DNA of 64,000 nucleotides. It comes from Verrucomicrobiota bacterium (GTDB taxonomy: Bacteria; Verrucomicrobiota; Verrucomicrobiia; Opitutales; Coraliomargaritaceae). This document shows, piece after piece, positions 1 to 12,942 of this stretch. The stretch spans positions 192,001 through 256,000 of the forward strand of contig JBCBZJ010000002.1 in NCBI GenBank assembly GCA_039815375.1. Reading direction: 5' to 3'. Made by a program: the position numbers and the translations under genes. The notes beneath the pieces were generated by a model, which saw nothing but the letters and a program-made list of their open reading frames with translations, was not told where the DNA came from and did no database searches. How positions within the stretch are numbered: position 1 is the stretch's first letter; each line of letters opens with the position of its first letter.

Positions 1-1
1 C

Positions 2-1921
2 GCGCGGATCGCAGACGAGGAAGTTATGGACCCCTATGCTATCGCGAACGCGACCTTCCTTGCTGAAGGTGGGGTAGATTATAACAAGTTCCTCAGCGAC
101 GGCCTGCTCCCGAACTCGGGATACGTTAAGGGCTCGAACCAAGTGAATGCTTCGGCGGTCGCATCTGCGCTGGTTATCGATGAGCTCAATGCTTTCCAAC
201 TGAGTTCTGATTCGCTCGAGGTCCGCTTTGAGCCGAGCTCACACGGCTACGATGGCCGTTATGCCAATAACGGATGGATGATGGAAGCGCCCGACAGCAT
301 GACAAAGCTGACTTGGGACAATGCCATTTTGATCAGTCCGCGTTTAGCTAAAGAACTCCAAAAAGAGCAGGGCGTGCAGATTTTCCCCGGCCTTTCCCTC
401 ATGAGTAATTCGGAGAGCGCCCTCGGTGGTTTCTTCGAAGCAGCGAAGGGTCAGCAACAAACCAATAAGGCTCAGTTCAAGCGTGGTAAGGAAGAGGCAG
501 TTGTCGCCGAGCTTACACTGGATGGTCGCACCATTAAGGCGCCGATCCACGTTGTGCCGGGTATGGCAAACTACACTATTATTCTTCCTCTCGGCCTTGG
601 TCGCACGGAAGTAGGCCGCGTCGGTAAGGGTGTTGGATTCGATGCTTATAAGCTTCGCACGTCTACAGGCATGGCTTGCGCGCTCGGTGCTGCGCTCAAG
701 CTGACTAAAGAAACATATCGCCTCGCCAATACTCAGGAGCACTGGTCGATGGAAGGTCGTGCCATTGTTCGTGAAGCCACCGCGAAATATTACAAGGAGC
801 ACTCGGACTTTGCCAACAAGATGGGTGTTGAGTCACACGCGCCGCCAAATTACGGCAAAGACGAGAAGAAGTCCGAAGCCTACAAAGCTCTGGAAACGCC
901 TCGCGGCGGTTCGTCCTACGAGCATCCGGACCATAAGGGTGCTCCGCCTAATGTGAACATTTGGAAGGGCCACGAGGATAAGTTTCCGCACACCCAGCAG
1001 TGGGGTATGGCCATTGATATGAACACCTGCACCGGCTGCACAGCCTGTGTGGTTGCCTGCCAAAGTGAAAATAACATTCCGATCGTCGGTAAGGATCAGG
1101 TCCTCCGCGGTCGTGAAATGCACTGGATGCGTATGGACCGCTATTTCTCCGCCGAGAAAGCGGAACCGAGCGAGATTCCGGAGGATGTTCAAGTCTCCTT
1201 CATGGGGGTTTCCTGCATGCACTGTGAAAATGCACCTTGCGAAAGCGTCTGCCCGGTTAATGCAACCGTTCACGATCGCCAGGGCCTTAATACGATGGCC
1301 TATAATCGCTGCGTCGGCACACGTTACTGTGCCAACAACTGCCCCTACAAGGTTCGTCGCTTCAACTTCTTCGATTGGAACAAGCGTCAGCCCGGTGACT
1401 TTTACAAGGGCCCATTCGGCAAGGTCGACGAACCCGAACTCGAAAAGATGCGGGCCAATCCAAACGTTACCGTTCGTATGCGTGGTGTCATGGAGAAGTG
1501 CACCTATTGCACACAGCGTATCGAGGCTGCTAAGATCGATCAAAAGTCCAAGGCTGGTGCGTCCGCCGACATCCATGTTCCGGATGGCAAGATCAAGACG
1601 GCCTGTCAGCAGGTTTGCCCGACCGATGCGATTACCTTTGGTGACGTAGCGGATCCGAACTCTGAGGTGTCAAAGATGAAAGCCAGCGACCGAAATTACT
1701 CTGTTCTCGGCTACCTCAACGTCCGTCCGCGGACGACTTACCTTGCCCGTCTTCGCAACCCGAACCCGAAGATGCCGGACACCTACAAGAAGCCGTTCGC
1801 CTATGCTCAATATAAGGCGCGTTACGGCAGCCAGTCCAAGGCGACTGATAAATATGCGGATCCGAAACACGATGAACATGGCCATAAGGACCATGCTCAC
1901 CATGAGGACCACGCTCACTAA
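2..1921 (+). CDS. actB: Alternative complex III subunit B (molybdopterin oxidoreductase-like region plus 4Fe-4S dicluster domain); 5'-truncated by the window edge
   Basis: Frame is open from base 2. Fe-S motifs [37 protein letters not shown] and [28 protein letters not shown] motif; followed by an NrfD-like gene. Confidence 0.93.
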   Translation, partial: ARIADEEVMDPYAIANATFLAEGGVDYNKFLSDGLLPNSGYVKGSNQVNASAVASALVIDELNAFQLSSDSLEVRFEPSSHGYDGRYANNGWMMEAPDSMTKLTWDNAILISPRLAKELQKEQGVQIFPGLSLMSNSESALGGFFEAAKGQQQTNKAQFKRGKEEAVVAELTLDGRTIKAPIHVVPGMANYTIILPLGLGRTEVGRVGKGVGFDAYKLRTSTGMACALGAALKLTKETYRLANTQEHWSMEGRAIVREATAKYYKEHSDFANKMGVESHAPPNYGKDEKKSEAYKALETPRGGSSYEHPDHKGAPPNVNIWKGHEDKFPHTQQWGMAIDMNTCTGCTACVVACQSENNIPIVGKDQVLRGREMHWMRMDRYFSAEKAEPSEIPEDVQVSFMGVSCMHCENAPCESVCPVNATVHDRQGLNTMAYNRCVGTRYCANNCPYKVRRFNFFDWNKRQPGDFYKGPFGKVDEPELEKMRANPNVTVRMRGVMEKCTYCTQRIEAAKIDQKSKAGASADIHVPDGKIKTACQQVCPTDAITFGDVADPNSEVSKMKASDRNYSVLGYLNVRPRTTYLARLRNPNPKMPDTYKKPFAYAQYKARYGSQSKATDKYADPKHDEHGHKDHAHHEDHAH

Positions 1922-1953
1922 ACCGACGAACGCACACACATTTACCTAACGAC

Positions 1954-3464
<1,511 letters not shown>

Positions 3465-3465
<1 letters not shown>

Positions 3466-3995
3466 TGTCTAACTTACACAGCATCATAGCGAGCTTTCCG
3501 GATACACCAAGCTTCTTCCATGCCGCAGAGGAGGTCAGAGATGCCGGTTACAAGAAATGGGACACCTATTCGTCCTTCCCGGTTCACGGCATGCCGGCGG
3601 CACAAGGCCAGCCTCGCTCCAAAGTTCCGATTTTTACTTTCTTCGGAGGCCTGACCGGGTTTACGCTCGGCACCCTTATCGTTTGGTTCATGGGCTCTTA
3701 CGACTACCCGCTCATCGTTGGTGGTAAACCTTTCTTTAGCCCGGTTTTTCCCTTTCCGGTGATGTACGAGCTAACCATTCTGCTCTCGGCATTCGGCACA
3801 CTCGGGGGTATGTTCATCATGAACTTGCTTCCGCAGCACCATCACCCGCTTTTTGAGAGTGATACCTTTCTCGAAACTGCCGGGGACCGCCTTATCATTG
3901 CGATCGAGTCAAGAGACCCGAAATTTGATCCTGTTGCCACGCGCCAATTCCTCGAAGAGATTGGTGGAACTGATATTGAGGAGGTCTCTGCGTAG
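3465..3995 (+). CDS. actD: Alternative complex III subunit D (DUF3341)
   Basis: [14 protein letters not shown] and YELTILLSA motifs, two TM helices, position after actC (TAATG overlap). Confidence 0.9.
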
Positions 3996-4004
3996 ATAAA
4001 GATC

Positions 4005-4658
4005 ATGCGAATTTTCCTCATTATATATGTATTTTTGATTGCTGCGGTTGTTTCGATCTTCGGTTTCCGCGGTCAGCTCAGCGAGAAAACACCGATCGAG
4101 ATTTTTCCTGATATGGACCGTCAGGCCAGGTACAAGCCTCAGGGAGAAAACGGCTTTTTCTCAGATGGTCGCAATGACCGTCCAGTCCCTATCAATACAG
4201 TGGCCCGCGGTAATTACCTGAACTATGAGCAGGTTTTCTCGGAAGACTTCGAGGATACAATGCTCGGAGATTCGGCTTTTGTCTTTGGCAAGAATTCCGA
4301 TGGTTCTTTTGTTCAGAAACTTCCGATTGATGTCGACAATGCCTTCATGTTAAAAGGTAAGGAGAAGTATGAGATCTTCTGCACCTCCTGTCATGGTTCG
4401 GCTGGCGACGGTAACGGGGTAACCAAACCTTATGGGGTTCTCGCGACATCCTATCACGATGATCGCCTCCGTAATGAAACAGACGGATACATTTACGACG
4501 TGATCGCAAACGGCAAGGGCCAGATGTATGGCCTAAAAGACCGTTTGTCACCGGAAGAGCGCTGGGCCATTGTTCTCTACGTCCGTGCACTGCAACGCTC
4601 ACAGAACGCTACTGCGGATGATGTTCCTGCAGGTCAACGTGCGGAATTAGGAATTTAA
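4005..4658 (+). CDS. actE: Alternative complex III subunit E, monoheme cytochrome c
   Basis: PDMDRQARYKPQ motif, CTSCH heme motif, ERWAIVLYVRALQ C-terminus. Confidence 0.9.
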   Translation: MRIFLIIYVFLIAAVVSIFGFRGQLSEKTPIEIFPDMDRQARYKPQGENGFFSDGRNDRPVPINTVARGNYLNYEQVFSEDFEDTMLGDSAFVFGKNSDGSFVQKLPIDVDNAFMLKGKEKYEIFCTSCHGSAGDGNGVTKPYGVLATSYHDDRLRNETDGYIYDVIANGKGQMYGLKDRLSPEERWAIVLYVRALQRSQNATADDVPAGQRAELGI

Positions 4659-4663
4659 CGGTC

Positions 4664-5935
4664 ATGAGTTCGGATAACACACAAACAAAAGGCAAAGACC
4701 CCTCAAGCATCGCTTTGGTGCTGGGTATCATTGGCCTCATCGTTGCCGGGTTCGGCTTTTACCAAGGTTGGGAAGGTCACGATGCGCGGCCTCTTATGAG
4801 CTGGCTTATAGGTATTGCATTCTGGTTGATGATTGGGGTTGGCATGCTTTTTCTGACACAAATCTGGTATGTTTTCCACGCCCGGTGGCCAGTTGTGGTG
4901 CGCCGCCAATGCGAGCACTATTTCTCCGTTTTCCCGTGGCTCTTCCTGCTTTTCATTCCACTGCTTGCAGTTCCTTTTTTCCACGAAAATCCGGGGCTCC
5001 TCTGGAAGTGGATGAACGGCGTCAACGAGCTGCCGGGCCATGGCACAGTGGGTGAAGATCCCCTCTATCAGTGGAAATCGCCATATCTGAACATCGGATT
5101 TTTTGTGATCCGCGCCATTTTCGTCTTTGGTGCCTTCACCGCAATCTCTGCATTGCTACGCAAATGGTCCTTCGACACCGATAAGACCGGTGACATTAAC
5201 AACACGCACAATGCGCGTCGATTCTCGTCTGCGGGCCTCTTCATTTGTGCGGTTGCGGCTACAGTTGGTGCGATTGATTGGCTTAAGTCTTTGGAATACC
5301 ACTGGTTCTCTACCATGTATGGAGTTTGGTTCTTCGCTGCATCGATGCGTGCAGCTCTTGCCTTCCTTATTATCTTATGCGTGATTCTTGCTACAAAGGG
5401 CTACCTTAAGGGCATTTTTAATCAGGCACACCGCTACGATATCGGCTGTATGATGTTGGCCTTTACCGTTTTCTGGGCCTACATCAGTTTCTCCCAATAT
5501 TTTATCATCTACAATGCCAACATACCTGAAGAAACCTTCTGGTATAACATTCGTGAGAAGAACTACGACGGTAGCCTTAACTCCTGGTGGTGGGTTAGTA
5601 TGGGGCTGGTTTTCGGGCAGTTCCTTTTCCCGTTCCTGCTGCTCTTGTGGTATAAGACCAAAGTTGTGATTTGGCGCAGTATTTTCGTCTCATGCTGGAT
5701 TTTGACCTTTACCGTCCTCGACCTCTACTGGAACATACTACCGGGCAAGCTCGTTGTTCCGGATCACGGGGAAGGTTATCTTATCCGCCAATTCTCGATC
5801 AGCATTTATGATATTTCTGCCCTTGTGGGTGTTGGTGGTATCTGCATCTGGGTGATGCTTCGCAGTATGAAAAAAACCGAACCGATCCCGATTCGTGATC
5901 CGAACATCTTGAAATCCATAAACTACGCCGAGTAA
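4664..5935 (+). CDS. actF: Alternative complex III subunit F (ActC-paralogous membrane subunit)
   Basis: DWLKSLEYHWFSTMYG and FWAYISFSQYFIIYNANIPEETFWY motifs; about 10 TM helices. Confidence 0.9.
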   Translation: MSSDNTQTKGKDPSSIALVLGIIGLIVAGFGFYQGWEGHDARPLMSWLIGIAFWLMIGVGMLFLTQIWYVFHARWPVVVRRQCEHYFSVFPWLFLLFIPLLAVPFFHENPGLLWKWMNGVNELPGHGTVGEDPLYQWKSPYLNIGFFVIRAIFVFGAFTAISALLRKWSFDTDKTGDINNTHNARRFSSAGLFICAVAATVGAIDWLKSLEYHWFSTMYGVWFFAASMRAALAFLIILCVILATKGYLKGIFNQAHRYDIGCMMLAFTVFWAYISFSQYFIIYNANIPEETFWYNIREKNYDGSLNSWWWVSMGLVFGQFLFPFLLLLWYKTKVVIWRSIFVSCWILTFTVLDLYWNILPGKLVVPDHGEGYLIRQFSISIYDISALVGVGGICIWVMLRSMKKTEPIPIRDPNILKSINYAE

Positions 5936-5942
5936 TTTCATC

Positions 5943-6218
5943 ATGTCAGATTCAGCTACTCAAAATACTCCCTGGCTCACTCTCTTTGGCAGCCTTGGTG
6001 CGATTCTTATTTTCGTCCTGATTATTTATTTGGCATACCTGCCGAATCGTCCCGAGCCTATCAACGTAGCGGTAGCCGAAGCGCGTCAGGCTAAGGCAGA
6101 TGAGGCCCGTGCCGCTGGCCTTGCTAAGATTTCCGGCTATGCCGTTTCCTCCACCGGGTCTATTCAAGTTCCTATCGAAGACGCAATGGAGCTGGTTGTT
6201 GAGGAATACAAAGACTAA
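5943..6218 (+). CDS. Small single-TM protein, ActG-like
   Basis: One N-terminal TM helix and a C-terminal IQVPIEDAMELVV motif resembling ActG; directly after actF. Confidence 0.65.
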   Translation: MSDSATQNTPWLTLFGSLGAILIFVLIIYLAYLPNRPEPINVAVAEARQAKADEARAAGLAKISGYAVSSTGSIQVPIEDAMELVVEEYKD

Positions 6219-6337
6219 TCACGTAATACCTTTAGGTATCCACTAAGGAAGAAAACTCGACTAATAGCTTTGTTTAAGCGGACTTATCACCTTTCAGGGT
6301 TTTAGCGTTTTATCCTATTTCTGATTTATCATCCTGA

Positions 6338-6562
6338 ATGGACGTTTACGATTATAAAGAATTACTACCAATCATATTGCTTGGAATAGCTTTCTTTTCG
6401 GTTTCTATCACGATGTTGTATTGGTCAGCGAAAAAAGGCCAACTACGAGAGTTTGACGAGCAAGCAAAGACCATTTTTACAGACGAGGAGCCGGAAGGGG
6501 AACTTACTGATTCTTTTCCTGCATCGAAGTCATCAACTCGTAAATCGTCTCGAAAATCTTAA
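6338..6562 (+). CDS. ccoS: cbb3-type oxidase assembly protein, CcoS-like
   Basis: TM helix followed by YWSAKKGQLREFD (CcoS-type W-A-x-x-x-GQ motif); stop overlaps the ccoN start. Confidence 0.7.
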   Translation: MDVYDYKELLPIILLGIAFFSVSITMLYWSAKKGQLREFDEQAKTIFTDEEPEGELTDSFPASKSSTRKSSRKS

Positions 6563-8040
6563 TGAGCCAAGAGCCTTCAATTTTATCACCATCATCCAAT
6601 CCGTATTCGTCGGACAGCGCGGCTGTTCGTGCGGAGCTCAGTCAGATTGATGTTTCGATTCGCTCGGCGGCTTTGTTTTTCGTGGTCTCGGCAATTGGCT
6701 GGCTGATGATTGGGACGGTGTTTGCTTTGATCACGGCATTTAAAGCACACCAGCCGGACTTTCTTGGCGCTTACGAGTTTCTCACTTTCGGACGGGTGCG
6801 GTCTGCTCATTTGAACGCGATGGCTCTTGGCTGGGGGAACAACGTTATTTATGCGGTTGGTCTTTGGATTATGGCTCGCCTTTGTCGTGCACCGGTCGAA
6901 CACAAAGGTCTTCTTTTTATCGCTGGAGCTTTCTGGAACATAGGGCTAACTATCGGTGTTATCGGGATTCTTCGTGGTGATATCACTTCGGTCGAATGGC
7001 TTGAGATTCCGCAATACGCTACACCAATGCTAGCGATTTCCTACGCTTTGATTGGGGTTTGGGGCATCATTGCTTTCCGTTTCCGTAAGGGGGATCACGT
7101 GTATGTTTCCCAATGGTATATTCTTGCTGCACTTTTCTGGTTTCCTTGGCTCTACGTTATCGCACAAGCCATGATCATTTGGTTCCCGGCGCGGGGCGTT
7201 GTGCAATCGCTGACAAATTGGTGGTTCGCCCATAACGTGCTAGGCCTCTGGCTTACCCCAATGGCACTGGCGACCGCATATTATCTGATCCCAAAGGTTT
7301 TAGGTCGGCCGATTTATTCCTACTACCTGTCAGTTCTCGGATTCTGGGCCCTTGCTATCTTTTACAATTGGGCCGGTGTGCACCACTTGATCGGAGGCCC
7401 AATTCCGGTTTGGCTGATTTCTGCCGGGATCGTCGGCTCGGTTATGATGGTGATCCCCGTCATTGTCGTTGGCCTCAACCACCACATGACGGTGGTTGGC
7501 TTCCATAAAGAAGTCTGGCGAAGCCCGACACTTCGCTTTACCCTTTTTGGAGCGATCTCTTACACTTTGGTTAGCCTCATAGGTTCTTCGATGGCGCTTC
7601 GCTCGGTCAATGAGGTCACCCACTTTACCCACTTCACCGTGGGGCATGCGCATCATGGTGTCTATGCATTCTTCACTATGATCATGTTCGGTGGCGTTTA
7701 TTACATGATGCCTCGGTTGCTTAAACGAGAGTGGCCTTCGGCTGGCCTGATACGTCTGCATTTCTGGGGTTCTGCTATCGGTATAACGATCATGGTGGTT
7801 GCACTTCAGGCGGGTGGATGGATTCAGGGGCTCGAAATGAATAATCCTGAAATCCCATTCCTTGAAACTGTCAAAAATACGGTTCCTTGGCTCAAGGCGC
7901 GTTCGATTTCCGGAATTTTCCTGACTGTTGGTCATATCGCCTTTGGCGTGAACTTCTTCTGGATGTTGTTTGCGGCCGGTGCGGTTCGTGCAAAGGAAGG
8001 TCCGACATTGTTGAGTGAGGAGGGCAGTGCGGCACAATGA
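6562..8040 (+). CDS. ccoN: cbb3-type cytochrome c oxidase subunit I
   Basis: [31 protein letters not shown] and VGHAHHG metal-ligand motifs; about 12 TM helices. Confidence 0.93.
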   Translation: MSQEPSILSPSSNPYSSDSAAVRAELSQIDVSIRSAALFFVVSAIGWLMIGTVFALITAFKAHQPDFLGAYEFLTFGRVRSAHLNAMALGWGNNVIYAVGLWIMARLCRAPVEHKGLLFIAGAFWNIGLTIGVIGILRGDITSVEWLEIPQYATPMLAISYALIGVWGIIAFRFRKGDHVYVSQWYILAALFWFPWLYVIAQAMIIWFPARGVVQSLTNWWFAHNVLGLWLTPMALATAYYLIPKVLGRPIYSYYLSVLGFWALAIFYNWAGVHHLIGGPIPVWLISAGIVGSVMMVIPVIVVGLNHHMTVVGFHKEVWRSPTLRFTLFGAISYTLVSLIGSSMALRSVNEVTHFTHFTVGHAHHGVYAFFTMIMFGGVYYMMPRLLKREWPSAGLIRLHFWGSAIGITIMVVALQAGGWIQGLEMNNPEIPFLETVKNTVPWLKARSISGIFLTVGHIAFGVNFFWMLFAAGAVRAKEGPTLLSEEGSAAQ

Positions 8041-8714
8041 GAAATCTGCCATTACTTTTCTGCGGCATCTTTTTTGCCCTCGCATTCTCCTATACCGGTC
8101 TGATCGTTACCGGAAATATTCAGATTGGTTCACTTGAGCCCATCACGGAGACGCTAGTTCCTTCGGATGATGATCCTACAGTTATGGTCATGCCGGAGGG
8201 TGAACCTGTTTTCCCGCAAAAGGCCTCAGGCGTTGCTCAGCAAGGCAAGCAGGTTTACATCGAAATGGGCTGCATGTATTGCCATAGTCAGCAGGTTCGG
8301 CGTGAAACCTTCGGTGCTGATTTCGTCCGCGGTTGGGGTCCCCGCCAAACCGTCGAACGAGATTATATCCTGCAAGACCGCGTTCTTCTTGGCACGATGC
8401 GCACAGGACCGGACCTTGCTCACCTTGGTGGGCGTTATGCGGGTGACGCGGGCCGTGAGTGGAATCACCTTCACCTCTACAACCCACAAATTGTCTCCGA
8501 GGGCTCGACCATGCCGCCATTTGCTTTCCTATACAAAACGCAGGAGATCGCTAACGAACCCTCGAAAAATGCTCTTAATTTTCCTCCCGGCTCGGAGTAT
8601 GCGCCTGAGCCCGGCTATGAAGTCGTCCCTACCCGCCGGGCAGAGGCTTTGGTTGAATATCTTCTTAGTCTAAAAATCGACTACAGTCTGCCAGAGGCTC
8701 CTATTATAGAATAA
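8037..8714 (+). CDS. ccoO: cbb3-type cytochrome c oxidase subunit II
   Basis: [11 protein letters not shown] heme motif, RTGPDL and STMPPF. Confidence 0.92.
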   Translation: MRNLPLLFCGIFFALAFSYTGLIVTGNIQIGSLEPITETLVPSDDDPTVMVMPEGEPVFPQKASGVAQQGKQVYIEMGCMYCHSQQVRRETFGADFVRGWGPRQTVERDYILQDRVLLGTMRTGPDLAHLGGRYAGDAGREWNHLHLYNPQIVSEGSTMPPFAFLYKTQEIANEPSKNALNFPPGSEYAPEPGYEVVPTRRAEALVEYLLSLKIDYSLPEAPIIE

Positions 8715-9487
8715 TGAGCGACGAAGAAACAAAGCAGCCCAATTCGCAAAGCCGTGAGTCGCTTGAAATGGCGGCCATGCAGGACGAGCAGATGCAGGAC
8801 GTCCACTCGCAGCTTATGCGTGAGAAGGAGGAACCGCAGGAAGGATTCAATCCTGTCCCTATCTTTCTCCTGTTTATTTTTGCTGCGCTCTGCTTCTGGG
8901 GCGGGGTTTACCTGGTGCACTACGGTGGCGACTTCAGGGCCGATGTATTCGATCCGAATTTTGATCCGGCTGCTTCCGCAGCACCTCGACCGGAAATCGG
9001 GCTCTTCGAACGTGGCGCCAAGATTTACCGTGCGCAGTGCATTGCCTGTCACCAAGAAGATGGCAATGGTGTTCCAGGAGTCTATCCTCCGCTTGTGGCT
9101 TCCGATTGGGTGACTGGTCACTCCGAAGTTCTTGCGCGCATTTTGATTAACGGGCTGAACGGTCCGATTGTCGTCAAAGACAATACCTATAACGGTAACA
9201 TGCCTGCCTTCGGTCCTGGGGGGCTCAATCTTCGGCCGAAGGATCTTGCAGGTGTGATGACTTACATCCGACAGGAGTGGGGGAATTCTGCTCCTGACAT
9301 GACCGAGGACATGGTTGTCGCCTACCTGGATACCTACGCCAGCCGTAGCACCCCTTGGCAGGCACCGGACCTTAGACTTGATCTGAGCGCAGATCCGGCA
9401 AGCGCTTCAGCGCCAGCTGAGGACGCTGCCGAAGCTGTTATCGAGGAAGAAGTCGAAGCCATTGAAGAAGAGAAAGAACCTTCTTAG
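8714..9487 (+). CDS. Membrane-anchored monoheme cytochrome c (occupies the CcoP position)
   Basis: One TM helix, single [13 protein letters not shown] axial Met, acidic C-terminal tail. Confidence 0.85.
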   Translation: MSDEETKQPNSQSRESLEMAAMQDEQMQDVHSQLMREKEEPQEGFNPVPIFLLFIFAALCFWGGVYLVHYGGDFRADVFDPNFDPAASAAPRPEIGLFERGAKIYRAQCIACHQEDGNGVPGVYPPLVASDWVTGHSEVLARILINGLNGPIVVKDNTYNGNMPAFGPGGLNLRPKDLAGVMTYIRQEWGNSAPDMTEDMVVAYLDTYASRSTPWQAPDLRLDLSADPASASAPAEDAAEAVIEEEVEAIEEEKEPS

Positions 9488-9542
9488 CGACTTTTCGAAA
9501 TTCAGCTTCCCATCATCGATTGCCTGATCCATCTTTGCTGCG

Positions 9543-12041
9543 ATGTTAGCTGAGGCTGGAGTAAGTGCTTGGGCGCGATTTAACGAGGAAGCAGACGAGT
9601 ATTCACCCCTCGTTGATGTTCTCGGCAATGCCTCAGCGCGTGACCTGAAAGAGAGACAGAAGCGGCTCAATCGCGCAGTCGACGAGCTGGGTGTGCAGTT
9701 TTCTGAAACTGGCCGTAGATCGGCTGCGAACCCCTGGCGCCTGGATCTCTTTCCCCAGATGTTTCTACCCGATGTCTGGCGACGGATCGAGGCTGGTGTA
9801 GTGCAGCGTGCTTTGGCTTTCAACGCCTACGCAACCGACATTTTCGGTCCACAGGAAATCCTTAGACAACGGGTTATCCCACATGGTATCGCTCTCCGCG
9901 ACCCTGCCTTTCTAAGGCCTTTGAGCGGGATCGAGGTTCCGAATGGGGAGTATTCACAATTCGGTGCTTTTGACCTGGTTGAGACGGAACCCGGGAATTG
10001 GAAAGTTGTCGAGCACCACATGGGCACTCCTTTCGGTCTCGCACATGTTCTTCAAAATCGCCGCATTCTGTCTGAAGTTTACCCTGAGCTCTATGAGCAG
10101 GTCGACGCCGCGCCAGTAGCCGGATTCAGCACTTTCTTACTCGAAATGCTGCGTGCGCAATCGGACAAGATCAATCCGCATGTGCTTTTGCTGACTGCAG
10201 GTTTGCCTGGCCAAGCTTACTTTGAAGAGGCACTTCTTGCCCGTCATATGGGTATATCCATTGCACAACCCGGCGATCTTATTGTTCGAGACAGTCGGGT
10301 CTTTCTTCGAACTATTCGAGGGCTAGAGCCGGTTGACGTGATTTACCGCCGCATTGAAAGCTCGGGAATCGACCCGATCGCGGTGCCCTCGGCCACAGGC
10401 TATGGGGTTCCCGGATTGATTAACGTCTGGCGAAAAGGTAACGTTTCCATCGTTAATGCACCAGGTGTAGGTGTGGCGGATAACCGTGCGCTGCTTCGTT
10501 ACGACGATCACATTATCACCTATTACCTCAAGCAAAGTCCTATCCTCCAGTCCGTCGATACCTATAATCTCGCGGATCTCGATCAGCGAAACTATGTTGC
10601 AGACCGAGAAGATCTACTGCTCAAACCGGTGCAAGACCACGATATCGTTTGGCAACTTTGCGGAGGGAAGCGTCCGACCGCTGCGACAGCGTCTCTTAAT
10701 CGTATTGCGCATAAACATCCCGATTATTTTGTAGCCCAACGAATCCCGGAATCCCGTCCTCTGCCCAGATACCACGAGGGTCAGTTTGAGGATGGCGCTA
10801 TCTTCCTTCGAGTATACTATATTCTCGGAAAAGAGCCAATTGTCCTTCATGGAGGTCTGGCCCGCCACCGTTCGAGTCGCCATCGAACTAGTCGCTTAAC
10901 ACTCGTTACGGATGGCCTTAAGGATGTCATTGTTCCGGATTCAGTTGTCGATAAGTCAGAACCGAAACGAAGTCCCGCCCGCATCGGGGACCGCTTCTCT
11001 ATCGGCAGCCGCGTTGCAGAATCACTCTATTGGGCCGGTCGCTATCTCGAACGAGCGGAGAATACCGCGCGTCAGTTTGAAACGCTTGAGCGGCTGCGTT
11101 GGGATCAGATGGCAAGCTCTGAGCAGCGAGCCTACTGGCCGCTCTTGCAAGCGGTTGCCGCTGCCACGGGGCAAACCGACGTAGCCAAAAAGAAAAGGCC
11201 GCCAAGTGATACGCTGCCTCTTTCAAGAAGCTTGCTCATCGACCCAAAGGAGGGGGCTTCGGTTCGGACATGTATCGAGATGGCGCGCAACGGCCTTGAG
11301 TCGGTTCGAGAGGTTATCAGCCCGGAGTGCCGCGAGGTGCTTGAAGAAATCAGCCTTTATCTGAAGTCGGCTTCATCAGTGCGAATGAGCCGGAACCGTC
11401 TTAGGGAGCTATGCCAGCGGGTTGTCAGTGAGGTAGCACGTTTTGGCGGGACAGCCGAGCGCACCATGCCTCATGATGATGCATGGCAGTTCTATCGAAT
11501 GGGCTGCTTCTTCGAGCGGGCGATGGGGATTTTGCTGCTCCTTGAAGTGGCATTGCCACGGATCGTTGAGAATTATCGTGACATGGACGAAGAAAGTGCG
11601 GAGCTCACCGCTCTCTTGCGTCTCCTCGGTTCGCTCGACGCATATCGCCGGACTTACCGTTCGCGTGCCTACATTGACCGTATCGTTGAGCTGGTCTTTA
11701 CCGGCAACTCTATCCCCAGCTCGGTTTCCTTCTGTCTGCGAAACCTGCACTATGCTGCGAGCACACTTTCCATTTCCGGCGAACGCAAACTCGGCCAAAG
11801 TCTCCTTCAACGGATTAACCACCTGATTGAGAATCTGGAGACGATTTCTTTTATCAATGAACGTCGTATTGACTACCTTGATCCCAAGCTGGATAAAGAC
11901 CCTCCAGGGTCTCGGGAACTGCAGTCCGAACTGAACCAGTGGACTCTACATCTGGAAGCGATACACGATAAAATCGAAGATGTATTTTTCAGCCATCAAG
12001 CCGCTTTCGCCCGGTCCCCCGTGCTCTTCGATATTGGTTAA
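9543..12041 (+). CDS. Circularly permuted ATP-grasp type 2 domain fused to an alpha-E (DUF403) domain
   Basis: PWRLDLFP, EAGVVQRA, VDVIYRRI, GVPGL and NAPGVGVADN in the N-terminal part; SRVAESLYWAGRYLERAENTAR marks the alpha-E domain. Confidence 0.88.
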   Translation: MLAEAGVSAWARFNEEADEYSPLVDVLGNASARDLKERQKRLNRAVDELGVQFSETGRRSAANPWRLDLFPQMFLPDVWRRIEAGVVQRALAFNAYATDIFGPQEILRQRVIPHGIALRDPAFLRPLSGIEVPNGEYSQFGAFDLVETEPGNWKVVEHHMGTPFGLAHVLQNRRILSEVYPELYEQVDAAPVAGFSTFLLEMLRAQSDKINPHVLLLTAGLPGQAYFEEALLARHMGISIAQPGDLIVRDSRVFLRTIRGLEPVDVIYRRIESSGIDPIAVPSATGYGVPGLINVWRKGNVSIVNAPGVGVADNRALLRYDDHIITYYLKQSPILQSVDTYNLADLDQRNYVADREDLLLKPVQDHDIVWQLCGGKRPTAATASLNRIAHKHPDYFVAQRIPESRPLPRYHEGQFEDGAIFLRVYYILGKEPIVLHGGLARHRSSRHRTSRLTLVTDGLKDVIVPDSVVDKSEPKRSPARIGDRFSIGSRVAESLYWAGRYLERAENTARQFETLERLRWDQMASSEQRAYWPLLQAVAAATGQTDVAKKKRPPSDTLPLSRSLLIDPKEGASVRTCIEMARNGLESVREVISPECREVLEEISLYLKSASSVRMSRNRLRELCQRVVSEVARFGGTAERTMPHDDAWQFYRMGCFFERAMGILLLLEVALPRIVENYRDMDEESAELTALLRLLGSLDAYRRTYRSRAYIDRIVELVFTGNSIPSSVSFCLRNLHYAASTLSISGERKLGQSLLQRINHLIENLETISFINERRIDYLDPKLDKDPPGSRELQSELNQWTLHLEAIHDKIEDVFFSHQAAFARSPVLFDIG

Positions 12042-12069
12042 ATGGCCCTTCTCTTGCTTCTGAATTTCA

Positions 12070-12942
12070 ATGCACTTTATTGTCTCCCATACGACTGAAT
12101 ACGTTTACGAAGGTGCTGCCTCTGAGTCTTTTGCGGAGTTGCGTGTCTGGCCTCAGACTAATGGCGCGCAGACTGTGCTGAATCGTTCCCTCCATATTGA
12201 GCCTGAAAGTAAGGTGGATCATTACATCGACTACTTCGGCAATAACGTAGAGTTTTTCTCTATCCCTCGCCGTCACGGGGAGCTAACAGTTCGAGCTGAG
12301 GCTGAAGTGGAGACCTTTGATGTCCACCCGCCTGAGGCGGTCCTCGAGACTGCGATCGGGGAGGCGCGTCAAATTTACAACAGCACTCTGTATCAGGTTT
12401 TCGAATACCTTCAGCCGACTCGTTTGGTTCCGATTGATCAACACGGACGCATTCGCAAACGTTTCTTCCGGCAGGCTGCGACGGTGCGCGAGGCGTTGCT
12501 CGGGCTCAACGAGTGGATCTACAAGAGCTTTGAATACAAATCAGGTGTGACCGATATCTCGACATCGATTGCGGATGTGGTGAAACATCGGCGTGGCGTT
12601 TGTCAGGACTTTGCCAACCTGATGCTAGCCATCCTGCGCAGTAACGGCATGCCGGCCCGCTATGTCAGCGGCTATATCGAGGCGTTCGATCCGGAGTCTG
12701 GAGAGGCTTTGACCGGTGCGGCTGCCAGCCATGCTTGGGTAGAGGTTTACCTACCAGGTGGAATCTGGTGGGGCCTTGATCCCACAAACAATCAAACTGC
12801 CGGCGAGCGACACATCGTGGTTGCAGTTGGGCGTGATTATAACGATGTCGCTCCGATGCGGGGCACTTACAAGGGAGCCAATGACCAGAAACTTAAGGTA
12901 ATGGTTTCTCTCGAACGAAGAAAAATTGCCGACGCGATATGA
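12070..12942 (+). CDS. Transglutaminase family protein (Bact_transglu_N plus core)
   Basis: HTTEYVY, DYFGN, catalytic GVCQDFA / HAWVE / LDPTN, GRDYNDVAP. Confidence 0.92.
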   Translation: MHFIVSHTTEYVYEGAASESFAELRVWPQTNGAQTVLNRSLHIEPESKVDHYIDYFGNNVEFFSIPRRHGELTVRAEAEVETFDVHPPEAVLETAIGEARQIYNSTLYQVFEYLQPTRLVPIDQHGRIRKRFFRQAATVREALLGLNEWIYKSFEYKSGVTDISTSIADVVKHRRGVCQDFANLMLAILRSNGMPARYVSGYIEAFDPESGEALTGAAASHAWVEVYLPGGIWWGLDPTNNQTAGERHIVVAVGRDYNDVAPMRGTYKGANDQKLKVMVSLERRKIADAI

